Virus record (IMG/VR): IMGVR_UViG_3300040801_001812
Coordinates: 509 to 64,508 of that record
From: a virus
DNA: 64,000 nucleotides
Direction: 5' to 3' (one strand)
Shown: piece by piece, positions 36,694 to 46,431 of the stretch
Numbering within the stretch: position 1 is the stretch's first letter
Layout: each line of letters begins with the position of its first letter
Notes under the pieces: model-generated
Seen by the model: only the letters and a program-made list of their open reading frames with translations
The model's database searches: none
What the model was told of the DNA's origin: nothing
Made by a program: the position numbers and the translations under genes

Positions 36694-37100
36694 AGCATCT
36701 CCTCATCCCAGGCGTCGTCATCCACATCTTCGTCGGTGCAAAGCAAGTCTTCATCCTGGTAAGCCGGAAGGGCATCCTTCGGGATAGCCGCCATGACATC
36801 CGTCTTACTCGGATCCTTAACGAAATACGGCTCGATCTCGGTCGGGGACTCCTCGTCCTCGGGATCCTGCACCATCTTCAACGCCACATCCCACTGACCG
36901 ACAGTCGTGCCCAAAAAGGCAAAGGGTACGAAGACGCCCGGTGACGGAGACATCGCTACCGCCCACCGGTACTCGTCACTGCCACTGGTATTGATCACAG
37001 GAACGACACACATGGTATCAGTGAGACCACGTGCGCCCTTGGACTCCAAAAGCATGATCAGAGCCTCTAGCTCTGCCTTGATCTTCCTTGGAACTCTCAT
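36690..37100 (-). CDS. hypothetical protein
   Basis: ORF track, RBS GGAG. Confidence 0.5.
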   Translation of the reverse strand: MRVPRKIKAELEALIMLLESKGARGLTDTMCVVPVINTSGSDEYRWAVAMSPSPGVFVPFAFLGTTVGQWDVALKMVQDPEDEESPTEIEPYFVKDPSKTDVMAAIPKDALPAYQDEDLLCTDEDVDDDAWDEEML

Positions 37101-37804
37101 GCGATCATCTCCTCTCCTTCAGACGGCAAATCATCAGGTTGGAGGAACGAAGAACCACGAATGGCCTCTTCCCTCTCTGCACGTTGCGCTTCAAAGATAG
37201 CACGTTCACGACGACGTTTCCGGGTAGCGACACCCTTCTTGATCGCTTCGCGCTTCCGACGCTCTTTCTCCTTGGCACGCTGTTTCGCGAGCCTTACGGC
37301 TCGCGTTCTTCCCGGCGTCCGGATATCCTCGATCTTATCCCCCCACTTGGCATCAACCACTTCGTCTGTTTCCAGAGCAAAGAGGAACTTAGGGAGCTTC
37401 AGACCATCGGGAGCCAAACCCAGGTAAGACTGGAGGTTATGAACGTTACACCAGAAGGCTTCCTTTGAGAGTTCCTCATGCCGCTCCTCGCTGGAGAGAC
37501 GCTGCGCGTACTTGTACCGAATCAGGTACATATGGTGAGCAGTGTTCACACCCCAATCGTTCTTCCTCATGCAAAAACCGATAGTCGGGTGGTACACCGC
37601 GATCAGGGTCTCATAGCTGAAGAAAAAGATACCACCGAGGATTTTGATGCCCATGGTGTGGCACCCGTAGTTGTTCCGGGTGGACTGGCCGTTCTGCCAC
37701 ATCCCGTTGGAGCGATCTGCGTAGTCACCGTAGTTGAAGATCTCGATACCGCCGAACACCGAGCGTTCGAGCATACCAACGTCATACGTCTTATGGTAGG
37801 ACAT
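37097..37804 (-). CDS. hypothetical protein (FFSYET.IA motif) with basic tail
   Basis: IFFFSYETLIAVY; RBS GAGG. Confidence 0.55.
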   Translation of the reverse strand: MSYHKTYDVGMLERSVFGGIEIFNYGDYADRSNGMWQNGQSTRNNYGCHTMGIKILGGIFFFSYETLIAVYHPTIGFCMRKNDWGVNTAHHMYLIRYKYAQRLSSEERHEELSKEAFWCNVHNLQSYLGLAPDGLKLPKFLFALETDEVVDAKWGDKIEDIRTPGRTRAVRLAKQRAKEKERRKREAIKKGVATRKRRRERAIFEAQRAEREEAIRGSSFLQPDDLPSEGEEMIA

Positions 37805-37813
37805 AGTACCTCC

Positions 37814-38719
37814 TCAGCAGAACATGTCACCATCGACATCGTCAAGGGTCACGAGACCCTCGCTAATGCCGAAGACCCCACCAGCATCGACCTTGACGAG
37901 CTTGCCGTCATCGGTCACCCGGTTCTGGACGAGCAGGGTACCTGTGAAGAGATCGTTGCTCCTCGTGGTACCCGTTGCCCGTGACATGAAGTAGTTAGCG
38001 AAGTCGGCCCCGAGTTCTCTGTCCGGGTCAGGACCGAACCGGAGGATCCTCGGGTACTTCTCGTCCCCAGACCGGGCTAAGTGCCCGGAGATGAACGGGA
38101 TCGCGTTGGTTACCAAGAAGAACAGGTAGTTTTTCGGTTGTCCATCCAACGACGCCCGCTCAATATCCTGGGGGACACCTGGATGGATGATGTTCTTCGG
38201 CGACGTCACCCAGTGCATCCCCTGCGGGGCACACATCCAGGTGTTCCCTCCCTGATGGGGAGGGACGCCAGTCGCGAAGAGAACTGTGCGCTTGGTTGCA
38301 ACGTTAAGCTGGCGCATAACGATCTTGATGGCACTCGCACTCGGGGAGATACCACACCACTCAGTCACGAATCGCTTATCAGCGATCTTTTGGATACCGA
38401 GTTGACCGTAGACGGCCTCGCCCCGAGCCTCAACGGCCCGGAGCAGGTCATCGTTCGTCCGACCCAACTGACCAATCAGAAACGCGAACTGCTCGCGTTT
38501 GGAGAAGTAGTTATCCCCCTTGTTGATCCACGTTGGCGGGTTCCCTTTGTCCTCTCGGAAGACTGAAGGTGAGTTGACCTCGTACGTGGTGCGCTTAGCA
38601 CCTACTGAGGTCACGGTTCGTGCGTCCAGCAAAAACTGTTCTCGGGAACCACCCAGCACAAACAGGGCAGTAACCTCGTCCAGTTGACCAGACCGGGCAA
38701 ACACCACGGAACTACTCAT
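37814..38719 (-). CDS. uncharacterised 301-aa protein downstream of the VWA gene
   Basis: ORF track, RBS GAGGAGG. Confidence 0.65.
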   Translation of the reverse strand: MSSSVVFARSGQLDEVTALFVLGGSREQFLLDARTVTSVGAKRTTYEVNSPSVFREDKGNPPTWINKGDNYFSKREQFAFLIGQLGRTNDDLLRAVEARGEAVYGQLGIQKIADKRFVTEWCGISPSASAIKIVMRQLNVATKRTVLFATGVPPHQGGNTWMCAPQGMHWVTSPKNIIHPGVPQDIERASLDGQPKNYLFFLVTNAIPFISGHLARSGDEKYPRILRFGPDPDRELGADFANYFMSRATGTTRSNDLFTGTLLVQNRVTDDGKLVKVDAGGVFGISEGLVTLDDVDGDMFC

Positions 38720-38728
38720 GAAACCTCC

Positions 38729-40537
38729 TCACATCATCTCATCGTCTTCGGTGACGTCGAACAAGTTGACCATGTCCGCCTCATCCATGAGGCCCGCAGC
38801 CATCTTCTTGGCTGTGGTCTTGGTCACCTTCTCGAATGCTTCTGTCAGATCACGGGTGCTCTTCGAGCAGAACGCTTCCGTGAACTTGAAGTCGTGCAGG
38901 ATATCAGTCTGTTCGGGAAGCTCGTGAGCCGCTGCTGAGCTATGGAACGGAGCATCAGCCGGAGCCGCCAGACCGAAGAAGTTGGGCGTACCCTCGATGT
39001 CAAAAGCCAAGGACGACTGCACGTTGTGGATGGGAAGAACACCCGTGCTCGAACCGTTCCGAGTGGAACCCGAGTAATGGCTTGCCATCTTGTCGGCAAA
39101 CGACTCACGGGAGATCACACCAGGGATGCTGCCATCGCGCATATCCTCCGGGGTAACAGACTCCATTACCGATCCGTTGAGGAAGTCTGCGATGTTGCCG
39201 CTGTCGTCCTTTTCTCCGAAAAGGAACCGGAACATGGTCATGGCAGTCGGCAGGATGTTGCGCTCGGTTTCCGTCCCAAGGAACGATGGGGTCACATAGA
39301 CCATGCTGAGGGTCTCAACGTACTGTCCTTTTGCGTTCTGACTGTACTTCCGACCCTGACCGCGAACCGGAGCCGTAGGGAACCCCCCGAGGTTGAATCC
39401 CACGGGGAACGGGCCACCGTAGGAAGTGGTAAACATGGGGAAATCGCGTTCCCAAAGCATCGACATCCCATACATGTCATACTTGGAAGCGAAACGGTTA
39501 TGACCCCGGATACGCCGACCAGCACCGATGGGGTCCAAAGCAAACTCACCGACTCGGGTCGGCGGGATCTGTTCTCCAGCCTCACCGGCTTGGAAGTCGA
39601 ATTGAGTGTTCCAGGCACAGTACTGAGTCGCTTGCGACCACAGAGCCTTGAACACATCCGAGAGCGACCGAAGGATGTCCGGTGGCTTACCCCACCGGCT
39701 CACGGAAGTGAGCTTGTAGGGCTGACCGAAAGGCACCGTGCGCTTGTGGCGACTGCCGGTCGAGCGAAGTCGGATCTGGTACGACATCATCGTGGGCTGA
39801 GTGTTGCACACTGCGTGGCGGACATCCGACCCAAGACGCTTCTTCGTAACCTGGGTGCCAGCAGGAACCAGCACGGGCAGGAGGAAGCAGACCGGGGGCC
39901 AACCACTGAGGTTGGTCAACTCGTCCGAAGCCATGATGCCATAGGGCTTTTTGAAGGTGAAGACCACGGCCATCAGGGCGGCAACAGGGCCACCCTTGAG
40001 GAACCGCTTCTCGTTACGAATAAAGGTCTCTGGGATGTCCCCTGTTTTGTGATAGATATGGCGAAGAACGTCACCCTGGAAGGAAGAACGGTTCTTCACC
40101 GGGTTGCCGTGGTCCATGTTCAGGGTAAGATCCGGCATAACGTGGAGCAGGTTGCCCATCCCCTCGGGAGCGAGGAGACAGTTCGGGTCCACGTTGATGT
40201 GCTTGTTGGCGTTGAGGAAACGCATCACGTTGTCGAAGAACGCAGCGTTGTCACCGCCACCAGTCGGAGCCTTCCAAATCAAGGCATTGGCCAATTCGCT
40301 CTCACCCGTACCCAGCGTGAGCTGAGAGACGGGTCCGAAGACCGACATGGTCTCAGCGAAGTGACAGGCGTTAGTGAACGCCTGCTTGAACTTCGCCTCA
40401 CCGTGCAGGATGTCGAGGAACCCATCCTTCTCGATCTTCGTCTTGGTGTCTCCGGACTTTCGGATGCACCCGGACATCAGAATCGAGAACGGGTCGAGGA
40501 CGACTCCTGCGGTGGATTGCACCAATTGGGTGTTCAT
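38729..40537 (-). CDS. uncharacterised 602-aa protein downstream of the VWA gene
   Basis: ORF track, RBS GGAGG, strong codon bias. Confidence 0.7.
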   Translation of the reverse strand: MNTQLVQSTAGVVLDPFSILMSGCIRKSGDTKTKIEKDGFLDILHGEAKFKQAFTNACHFAETMSVFGPVSQLTLGTGESELANALIWKAPTGGGDNAAFFDNVMRFLNANKHINVDPNCLLAPEGMGNLLHVMPDLTLNMDHGNPVKNRSSFQGDVLRHIYHKTGDIPETFIRNEKRFLKGGPVAALMAVVFTFKKPYGIMASDELTNLSGWPPVCFLLPVLVPAGTQVTKKRLGSDVRHAVCNTQPTMMSYQIRLRSTGSRHKRTVPFGQPYKLTSVSRWGKPPDILRSLSDVFKALWSQATQYCAWNTQFDFQAGEAGEQIPPTRVGEFALDPIGAGRRIRGHNRFASKYDMYGMSMLWERDFPMFTTSYGGPFPVGFNLGGFPTAPVRGQGRKYSQNAKGQYVETLSMVYVTPSFLGTETERNILPTAMTMFRFLFGEKDDSGNIADFLNGSVMESVTPEDMRDGSIPGVISRESFADKMASHYSGSTRNGSSTGVLPIHNVQSSLAFDIEGTPNFFGLAAPADAPFHSSAAAHELPEQTDILHDFKFTEAFCSKSTRDLTEAFEKVTKTTAKKMAAGLMDEADMVNLFDVTEDDEMM

Positions 40538-40546
40538 ATGGTCCTC

Positions 40547-43162
40547 CTATTCGGACAGTCGGTCGATGAGGCCCAAGAGCTTCTCCTGAATGTAGAGAGG
40601 AGCTGTCAGCTCCGTACCGTGCCCCGGAGGGAACATGGAGAGCAGCTCGTACGTGTTGTAGTAGTGCTTCACACCCTCGTCGCCCAGCCCGAGACCACCA
40701 ATGTGAATCCCAGCCAATTCGATACGGCGGATGGCGTACTTCAAGAACCGAGACTGGAGATTCGGGTTACCGGCATACGGCAGACCGTCCGACAGCACGA
40801 TCATGACCTTCCGGTCTTCCTCACGTGCGATGATACGGCTCGCCGCCCAAAGGAGGGACTCACCGTCCGAGTTGGTATGCGGCTGGATGTTCTGTCCCTT
40901 GTAGGTGATGTTGGTGTGCTGGTTCATGGCGATCATCTGCGGCTCGGAACTCGTCCACGGATCGTCGAAGTCCTTGAAGAGGAAATTGACGATGTCGAAG
41001 CAACGAGAGTAGTCCCGCGAATAACTGCCCCAACCAAGGCCAGGGATGTCCTTGGTGGTGTAGCCCATCACCGAGAACGGCACCTTGATCGTCTGAAGCA
41101 GACGAGCAATCGAACGGGCAGCAGCGTGAGCCACGGCGAACTTCGTGGCCCACTGCTCGTTCTGCCTCTGGAACATGAGTCCATTGATATGCGACTCCAT
41201 AGACCCAGAGCAATCAATACAGAGCTGAACCACGACACCGTGACGGCTGGTCACTGTCTCGTTCCTACGGAGATAAAGTGGGCGACCGTGTGCCTTACCA
41301 GCCTTGATAGGCTGAAGCATCCGAGGGTTGACCCGGTTACCAGACCATGCCTTACCCGGTGCGCCCTGGAACTTCCCAACCAGCTTACGAGCAGCGGGAC
41401 CGAGGGACGAGGGCATAAGCGTCCGGATAAAATTATCGTAGCGGGTGAAGATCGTGCTCTCGCCGATGAGAGCATTGAGGTCCAGACCCGCGATGACGTG
41501 CGTAGCACACCCTGGTGTAAGTTTATCCAAGTACTCATCGGGCATACCCATGATGTCCTTGGCGTGCTCAATGACCGGAGAAGCACCACCGGAACTGTTG
41601 CCCCCACCAGGGGCAGCGGGGCTGTCGGAGGGGTCACCCTCTTCATCCAGGCCCCCGCCCTCGCGCATCAGCTCAGACATGTCAACCTTGGCGTCATCTA
41701 CCCAGTCCATCACCTGATCGAGCGCGGCATTCCGCTTGTCGGTAGAATCAGACGCCTGACCTTCCTGGCCAGCCCCTCGGGAATCGCCTACGGCGTCTTC
41801 ATCGTCGGCGTCCTCGCTACCTGAAGAAGACTCTCCGTGAGAGCTTCCGTTCGAGTGTCCTGGAGCCGGATCATCTCCTCCGGTCTCATCAGTGTCACCC
41901 GCTCCTGAGCCTCCTCCAGAGCATTGATCACCGTCCTCGCCATCAGATTCGGAAGATCCGTCTTCTTCATCATCGTCGCAATCGTCTCCGTCCAGAGGAT
42001 CATCTCCTTCGTCGTCTTCGTCATCCTCGTCGTCGCGTCCTGCGCCTCCAGAGTCAGAGTCTTGTTCCTCCTCATCGTCTTCTCCAGAGCCGCCTGAAGG
42101 ATCCTGATCCTCATCTGATCCCTCATCTTCGTCGAAGGGATCAAACTCGCCATCGTCATCTTCAGGTTCGTCATCGTCATCGTGATCGAATTCATCGTCG
42201 TCCTCGTCCTCCTCCTCATCATCGCGGTAGTCGTCGTACTTCGACTCCTGAGGGGTATCGCTGGGGGTAAAGTCGTCATCGAAGGGACTGAACCCATTGC
42301 TGTCGCCCTGGCTCTGGTCCTCCGGTTGCTGCTGGCCTTCACCCTCACCGTCCTCGCCCTGTTCCTCATCGTCCTCCTGGGGAGCGTTGAGGTCGGGAAG
42401 AACCTTGTCAAGGATGCGGGTCATCGCCTCGTCGGTCAAACGACCCAGCTCTTCAGACGACATGGCGCAGACATCCGTGATGTCACCAAAGACATCATCC
42501 GCAACATCACAAGCCCACTCAACGTGATCCGGAACCTGCGTACGGACGTAGTTCCGGTCCCGTGTGCCGTGCGTCCCACCAAGAAGGTGGTGCGCGTGCA
42601 TCTCACAGACCCAGAAGGGGCTAAGCGGGATCTTATCCTGACCCCGCTCTTCTGCGAGATCCTTAGCCTGCTCGATGGTATCGACCACGAGCGTGTCGCA
42701 CCCAGCGGCAATCGGACCACCGATGAAGTGCTTCTTCGAGCCAGGGAACTTGCGGACCATGAGTTGCTCAATCCGAGCGTCCTCAAGGAGGTTATGGAAG
42801 AACTTAGCCGCTTCGAGGATCTTGTCGGGCAGACCCCCGTAGCCACGCTCTTCGCACAGTTCCTTCATCTTGCTGTTATTGACGAAATCCCTGATCATAG
42901 GCTGAAGGGAAGGCGTGTAGATCAGGTGACCGGCCTCGTGGTCAACGTGCCACGAGACAATCAAGAGTGCTCGTGCGGACTTCACCGAGGAGGGAAGAAC
43001 GATTTTCTTCTCCTCCATGACCGCATAGGGGTAAGGGGTGTTGGGGTCGATCACGACGGTGACACCGCAATCGGCCATGCCTGTCGCCACACCCTGAAGA
43101 ACCTGAGCGGTGGGAATCTTATCCCCAAACAAATCACGTAAGTGTTTAACACTCAGGCTCAT
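40547..43162 (-). CDS. CobT-like protein: N-terminal HExxH metallopeptidase-like domain, acidic linker, C-terminal VWA domain
   Basis: HEAGH, LEDARIE; long D/E/G/S linker; MIDAS DCSGSM, VLSDGLP. Confidence 0.85.
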   Translation of the reverse strand: MSLSVKHLRDLFGDKIPTAQVLQGVATGMADCGVTVVIDPNTPYPYAVMEEKKIVLPSSVKSARALLIVSWHVDHEAGHLIYTPSLQPMIRDFVNNSKMKELCEERGYGGLPDKILEAAKFFHNLLEDARIEQLMVRKFPGSKKHFIGGPIAAGCDTLVVDTIEQAKDLAEERGQDKIPLSPFWVCEMHAHHLLGGTHGTRDRNYVRTQVPDHVEWACDVADDVFGDITDVCAMSSEELGRLTDEAMTRILDKVLPDLNAPQEDDEEQGEDGEGEGQQQPEDQSQGDSNGFSPFDDDFTPSDTPQESKYDDYRDDEEEDEDDDEFDHDDDDEPEDDDGEFDPFDEDEGSDEDQDPSGGSGEDDEEEQDSDSGGAGRDDEDDEDDEGDDPLDGDDCDDDEEDGSSESDGEDGDQCSGGGSGAGDTDETGGDDPAPGHSNGSSHGESSSGSEDADDEDAVGDSRGAGQEGQASDSTDKRNAALDQVMDWVDDAKVDMSELMREGGGLDEEGDPSDSPAAPGGGNSSGGASPVIEHAKDIMGMPDEYLDKLTPGCATHVIAGLDLNALIGESTIFTRYDNFIRTLMPSSLGPAARKLVGKFQGAPGKAWSGNRVNPRMLQPIKAGKAHGRPLYLRRNETVTSRHGVVVQLCIDCSGSMESHINGLMFQRQNEQWATKFAVAHAAARSIARLLQTIKVPFSVMGYTTKDIPGLGWGSYSRDYSRCFDIVNFLFKDFDDPWTSSEPQMIAMNQHTNITYKGQNIQPHTNSDGESLLWAASRIIAREEDRKVMIVLSDGLPYAGNPNLQSRFLKYAIRRIELAGIHIGGLGLGDEGVKHYYNTYELLSMFPPGHGTELTAPLYIQEKLLGLIDRLSE

Positions 43163-43649
43163 CTACCCACCTCCAGGTCTTGCCGCGTTTGATGTCAAAT
43201 ATGACATACTTCGATACTCCAAACATCCGACCAATCTCGGTCTGGGCATAGTGACCCTCACTTAACATGCGTTTTATCACCCACACAGCGAACTGCGTAA
43301 GGACCGAACCGTGGCCATAGGCATTGCCGTGCCTGACCCTATCGCGCATGTTGTCTTTTGGGGTTCCCCAGTAGAGGTTGCTCAGACAGTTATTCGAAAC
43401 GTCGCCGTCCCGGTGACAAGCGAGCTTGTCACTGGGTCCGACGAACGCTTCGAGGACCAGACGATGGCCACGTACGCTCTTACGTACACCATCGACGCAG
43501 AGCACATAAGACGCATAGCCATCCTTGTCGCGCTTAGGCTTTAGGATGCCTCCTGCTGTAGCGTGGCGTGTGATACTTTTCACATGCCCCTGGTTGCTGA
43601 CTTCATAATACCCCTCGAAATTTACGACGGGTTGCCACAAGATTTTCAT
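43146..43649 (-). mobile_element. NUMOD4-HNH homing endonuclease gene inserted between AAA+ and VWA genes
   Basis: WQPVVNFEGYYEVSNQG (NUMOD4); HRLVLEAF...HRDGDVSNNCLSNL..N (HNH); C-terminal HTH. Confidence 0.88.
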
Positions 43650-43713
43650 TTTTGCCTCCTTAGGCTACGAACAGGTCCCTCAGGTGTTTGACGCTCAGTC
43701 CCATAAGAACCTC

Positions 43714-44694
43714 CTAAGCGTTCGCCTTTCGTGCCGGGTCGGCCAGAGCCTGCCTGTCGGCCAGCTCTTCCACAACGACCTTGTCCTTGTCGGTCGGGAG
43801 CTTCTGGAGGATGGTAGCCTCCAATGCCTGCGGCCCGAGGATCTGGAAGTACTTCGCGAAGTGAAGCACCATCCTAACGGACAGCGGAGCCGTCAGTTCA
43901 TCCTGCCTCCACGCTGACAGCGTGGAATCGTAGAAGTTGACCACGGCTTCGACAAACTCGTCCTTGAGCTTGCGACCGCTGAACTCCACCTTAGAGAGAA
44001 TCACTTTCATGTTCTTCGCGGGCAGCGGGTTCATCGGAAGAACGAGGTGGAACCTGTTGAGCTGGGCGAAGTTCTGCGAACCCGTACCAGCGTACAGCCC
44101 AGTGTCGTCACCCAACCCTCTGGTGTTGGCTGTTGCCACCACGATGCAGTCGGGGTGCCGGGGGATGAACTCATCCCTCTCTGAGAGGAAGAGACCGGGG
44201 TCGTGGTCCTCAAGAAGCCTCTGAAGGCCGATAGCCATCTCAGCCCTTGCGGCGTCCCACTCATCCAACACCACCAAACCGGGGCGTTGGATCGCGTTGA
44301 CGAGAGCCGTCCACTTCCAGCCATCGTCGTCCGGGTCGTTCTCGTTGATGAGACCGAAGTACCCGAACACCTCCGGTGAGCCAAGCTCACCATGGAAGTT
44401 GATCCTGGTGACGGGAAGGTGGAGCTTCGCAGCCAACTGGGTCGGCAACATGGTCTTGCCAACCCCGGTCGGCCCCACCAAGAGGGCGTTGTCCCTCTCC
44501 TGAAGAACCAGGAGGAGGGAGATCACGTGCTCGGACGGGAACCTGTAGTACGGGTCCACGGCGGGCACAAGAGACCGGAGTCTCACATCCTCGGGGTCGC
44601 TCTCATCGAACGATCCCACGGGGATCTGGAGTTTCGCTGCGTTCTTCTTGAGAGCCTTGAAGACGGTGCCAGCGGCTACGGTTTTGACTTCCAC
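43714..44694 (-). CDS. MoxR/CobS-like AAA+ ATPase
   Basis: GPTGVGKT, Walker B VLDEWD, TANT, FAQLNRF, SVRMV. Confidence 0.88.
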   Translation of the reverse strand: MEVKTVAAGTVFKALKKNAAKLQIPVGSFDESDPEDVRLRSLVPAVDPYYRFPSEHVISLLLVLQERDNALLVGPTGVGKTMLPTQLAAKLHLPVTRINFHGELGSPEVFGYFGLINENDPDDDGWKWTALVNAIQRPGLVVLDEWDAARAEMAIGLQRLLEDHDPGLFLSERDEFIPRHPDCIVVATANTRGLGDDTGLYAGTGSQNFAQLNRFHLVLPMNPLPAKNMKVILSKVEFSGRKLKDEFVEAVVNFYDSTLSAWRQDELTAPLSVRMVLHFAKYFQILGPQALEATILQKLPTDKDKVVVEELADRQALADPARKANA

Positions 44695-44722
44695 GGTATG
44701 CTCCTATCGTTGGTTATCCGTG

Positions 44723-44751
44723 ATGTTATCCCAAGTTTCGATGCTTGTCAA
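44723..44751 (-). promoter_or_regulatory. sigma70-type promoter for the AAA+/VWA operon
   Basis: TTGACA-N17-TAACAT. Confidence 0.65.
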
Positions 44752-44792
44752 GAATCCGGGGCGCACTCATTCGCGCAGATGATGACTGCCGA

Positions 44793-45038
44793 TCAGTCTT
44801 CCTCCCGGCTTACCGCCTCCTGTCTCCTCCGGTCCATGTTCACCATGGCCTGATCGAGCATGTCGAAGACTTCGTCCTTGGTGTAAGTACGCTCAGCCGC
44901 CCTCGTGTCCTTCTCAGACAAACGCTTGGCGTGAGACTTGCCAAGGCTTATCTCTCTGTTCTGCGTTCGGATGTCGTGTCGGAACCACAGATACAAGCAC
45001 AGGGTAAGGGCGGCTACTAGCGCCGCAACCTCAATCAA
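44793..45038 (-). CDS. small membrane-anchored protein
   Basis: MIEVAALVAALTLCLYLWF. Confidence 0.5.
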   Translation of the reverse strand: MIEVAALVAALTLCLYLWFRHDIRTQNREISLGKSHAKRLSEKDTRAAERTYTKDEVFDMLDQAMVNMDRRRQEAVSREED

Positions 45039-45466
45039 AGGTTGCTCCGGAGGTACTCATTCAAGTCCTCGGAGGACGGGGCGCAGGAGCAGCAGCACTC
45101 CTCATACGGGTCTTCTTCCGTGAAGGGGAACGCCTGCCGGATGCACTCACCGGCTTCCTCGATGAGAACACGATCCTCTTCGGCAAGAGGTTTCGTCTCC
45201 TTAAGGATCGGGGCACGGTCCATGAGGAGCTGCTCGCAGCCACCAGTGTACTCGTTCCAGTTAAGGACGAGTTCGGCGTCGGACATTGCCCATGCCTCAA
45301 ACCGACCCTTCTCGGACTGCACGATATCCAGTGCCTTACACTCGATGACGGCCCGGTTCTCAGAGATGTACACATCCGTCCCGTACTCACCACGGTAGAT
45401 CAGACACCACATGTATTCGATCATTCGGCCCTCCTTATAAGATAGAGAAACGTTCTCGATGGGCAT
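45035..45466 (-). CDS. hypothetical protein
   Basis: start MPIENV at 45466 after GGAGG. Confidence 0.45.
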   Translation of the reverse strand: MPIENVSLSYKEGRMIEYMWCLIYRGEYGTDVYISENRAVIECKALDIVQSEKGRFEAWAMSDAELVLNWNEYTGGCEQLLMDRAPILKETKPLAEEDRVLIEEAGECIRQAFPFTEEDPYEECCCSCAPSSEDLNEYLRSNL

Positions 45467-45972
45467 TAAAACCTCCCTGTCGTCGTGCATTGCTCGTCAT
45501 CCTCCGGGGTGCAGTAGCCCAGGTCCGGAGGAGTGTCCCTGGTCCCGATCCAGTTGAGGAGGTTCTCCCTCACCGGACGGAGCCAGGAGTTAGTTGTATG
45601 TACATCAAAATTCTCGTGGGTCACCACCATCGCTGCTCCGGAAAACCCACCGGGTTCCATCTTCTCGGACCACGAGGCCCACTCAAACCCGATGACGTCA
45701 TCGGGTCGGAACTTGGCCAGGAAGTCCATGAGGAGGGATCCAAGGTTGTCCGGGTCGAACCCGTGTTCGATAACCACCGTGATATCCGCGATGATATCGT
45801 CGATTTCCGGGGGTTCGCCCTTGATGTCGGTGACCTCTGGGCGGAAGATCCAACCGGTCTCGTTGCACGTCTCCCGTGCCTCAATCCGCTTGGTCTCCTC
45901 CAAGAGCCAGTTGTACTCGTGATTGTGGATGTCCTTGAGGACGAAGCACGTGCGGGTGAAGCTATTCGCCAT
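45466..45972 (-). CDS. conserved phage protein (F..EWA...K....GFSG.A motif)
   Basis: MANSFTRTCF...IGFEWASWSEKMEPGGFSGAAMVVT. Confidence 0.55.
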   Translation of the reverse strand: MANSFTRTCFVLKDIHNHEYNWLLEETKRIEARETCNETGWIFRPEVTDIKGEPPEIDDIIADITVVIEHGFDPDNLGSLLMDFLAKFRPDDVIGFEWASWSEKMEPGGFSGAAMVVTHENFDVHTTNSWLRPVRENLLNWIGTRDTPPDLGYCTPEDDEQCTTTGRF

Positions 45973-46192
45973 CGTAACCCTCGATGAGGAACGCAGGGTC
46001 GCTACCCTGGGCCATAAGTGCCTCGGCGCACTGCTCCTCCGTGAGAGGAATGCAGCCACGGCACTCCACCTCACCAGAGCAATCACCTATGGTGATGGCC
46101 TCGTGGACGGCCTTGAGGTCATCGAAAATCGGGGGCTTGTCCCCCTCACTCAAGATCGAGACGCTCATGCGCGTCTTCCAGTACTTGGGCAT
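45962..46192 (-). CDS. conserved small phage protein
   Basis: DLKAVHEAITIGDCSG...EALMAQGSDPAF. Confidence 0.5.
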   Translation of the reverse strand: MPKYWKTRMSVSILSEGDKPPIFDDLKAVHEAITIGDCSGEVECRGCIPLTEEQCAEALMAQGSDPAFLIEGYDGE

Positions 46193-46431
46193 CAGTCCTC
46201 CTCGGGAACGATGTAGTCCTCTTCGACAAAGTAGTAGCCCTCCAGCCTGTGACGGTCCTGCCACTCGCTACCGCAGATCGTGCACTGCACGTTCTGGTAG
46301 ATGAACTCGCCGCAGCGATCCAGGTTACTGAGAGCCGTAACCCCGTCCCGCTCCCCACACACGGGGCACCGAAGCCCCCCGGACTCAAGGTACTCCTTCT
46401 CGGTCAGCCCGACGACTCGACGACCAGCCAT
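46192..46431 (-). CDS. zinc-ribbon protein
   Basis: YLESGGLRCPVCG...VQCTICGSEW. Confidence 0.55.
   Translation of the reverse strand: MAGRRVVGLTEKEYLESGGLRCPVCGERDGVTALSNLDRCGEFIYQNVQCTICGSEWQDRHRLEGYYFVEEDYIVPEED

Noticed and set aside
38942-41824. 960-aa plus-strand ORF
   Set aside because: Antisense shadow of the 602-aa and VWA genes; no motifs.
41800-42400. Nucleotide repeat array in the GAT/GAC/TCA-rich stretch
   Set aside because: Explained by the acidic low-complexity linker of the VWA protein; the same applies to the ssb tail at 29340-29660.
40547-44694. Cobalamin biosynthesis auxiliary metabolic genes (cobS/cobT)
   Set aside because: No cobN or other cob genes; better treated as a generic MoxR-VWA pair.
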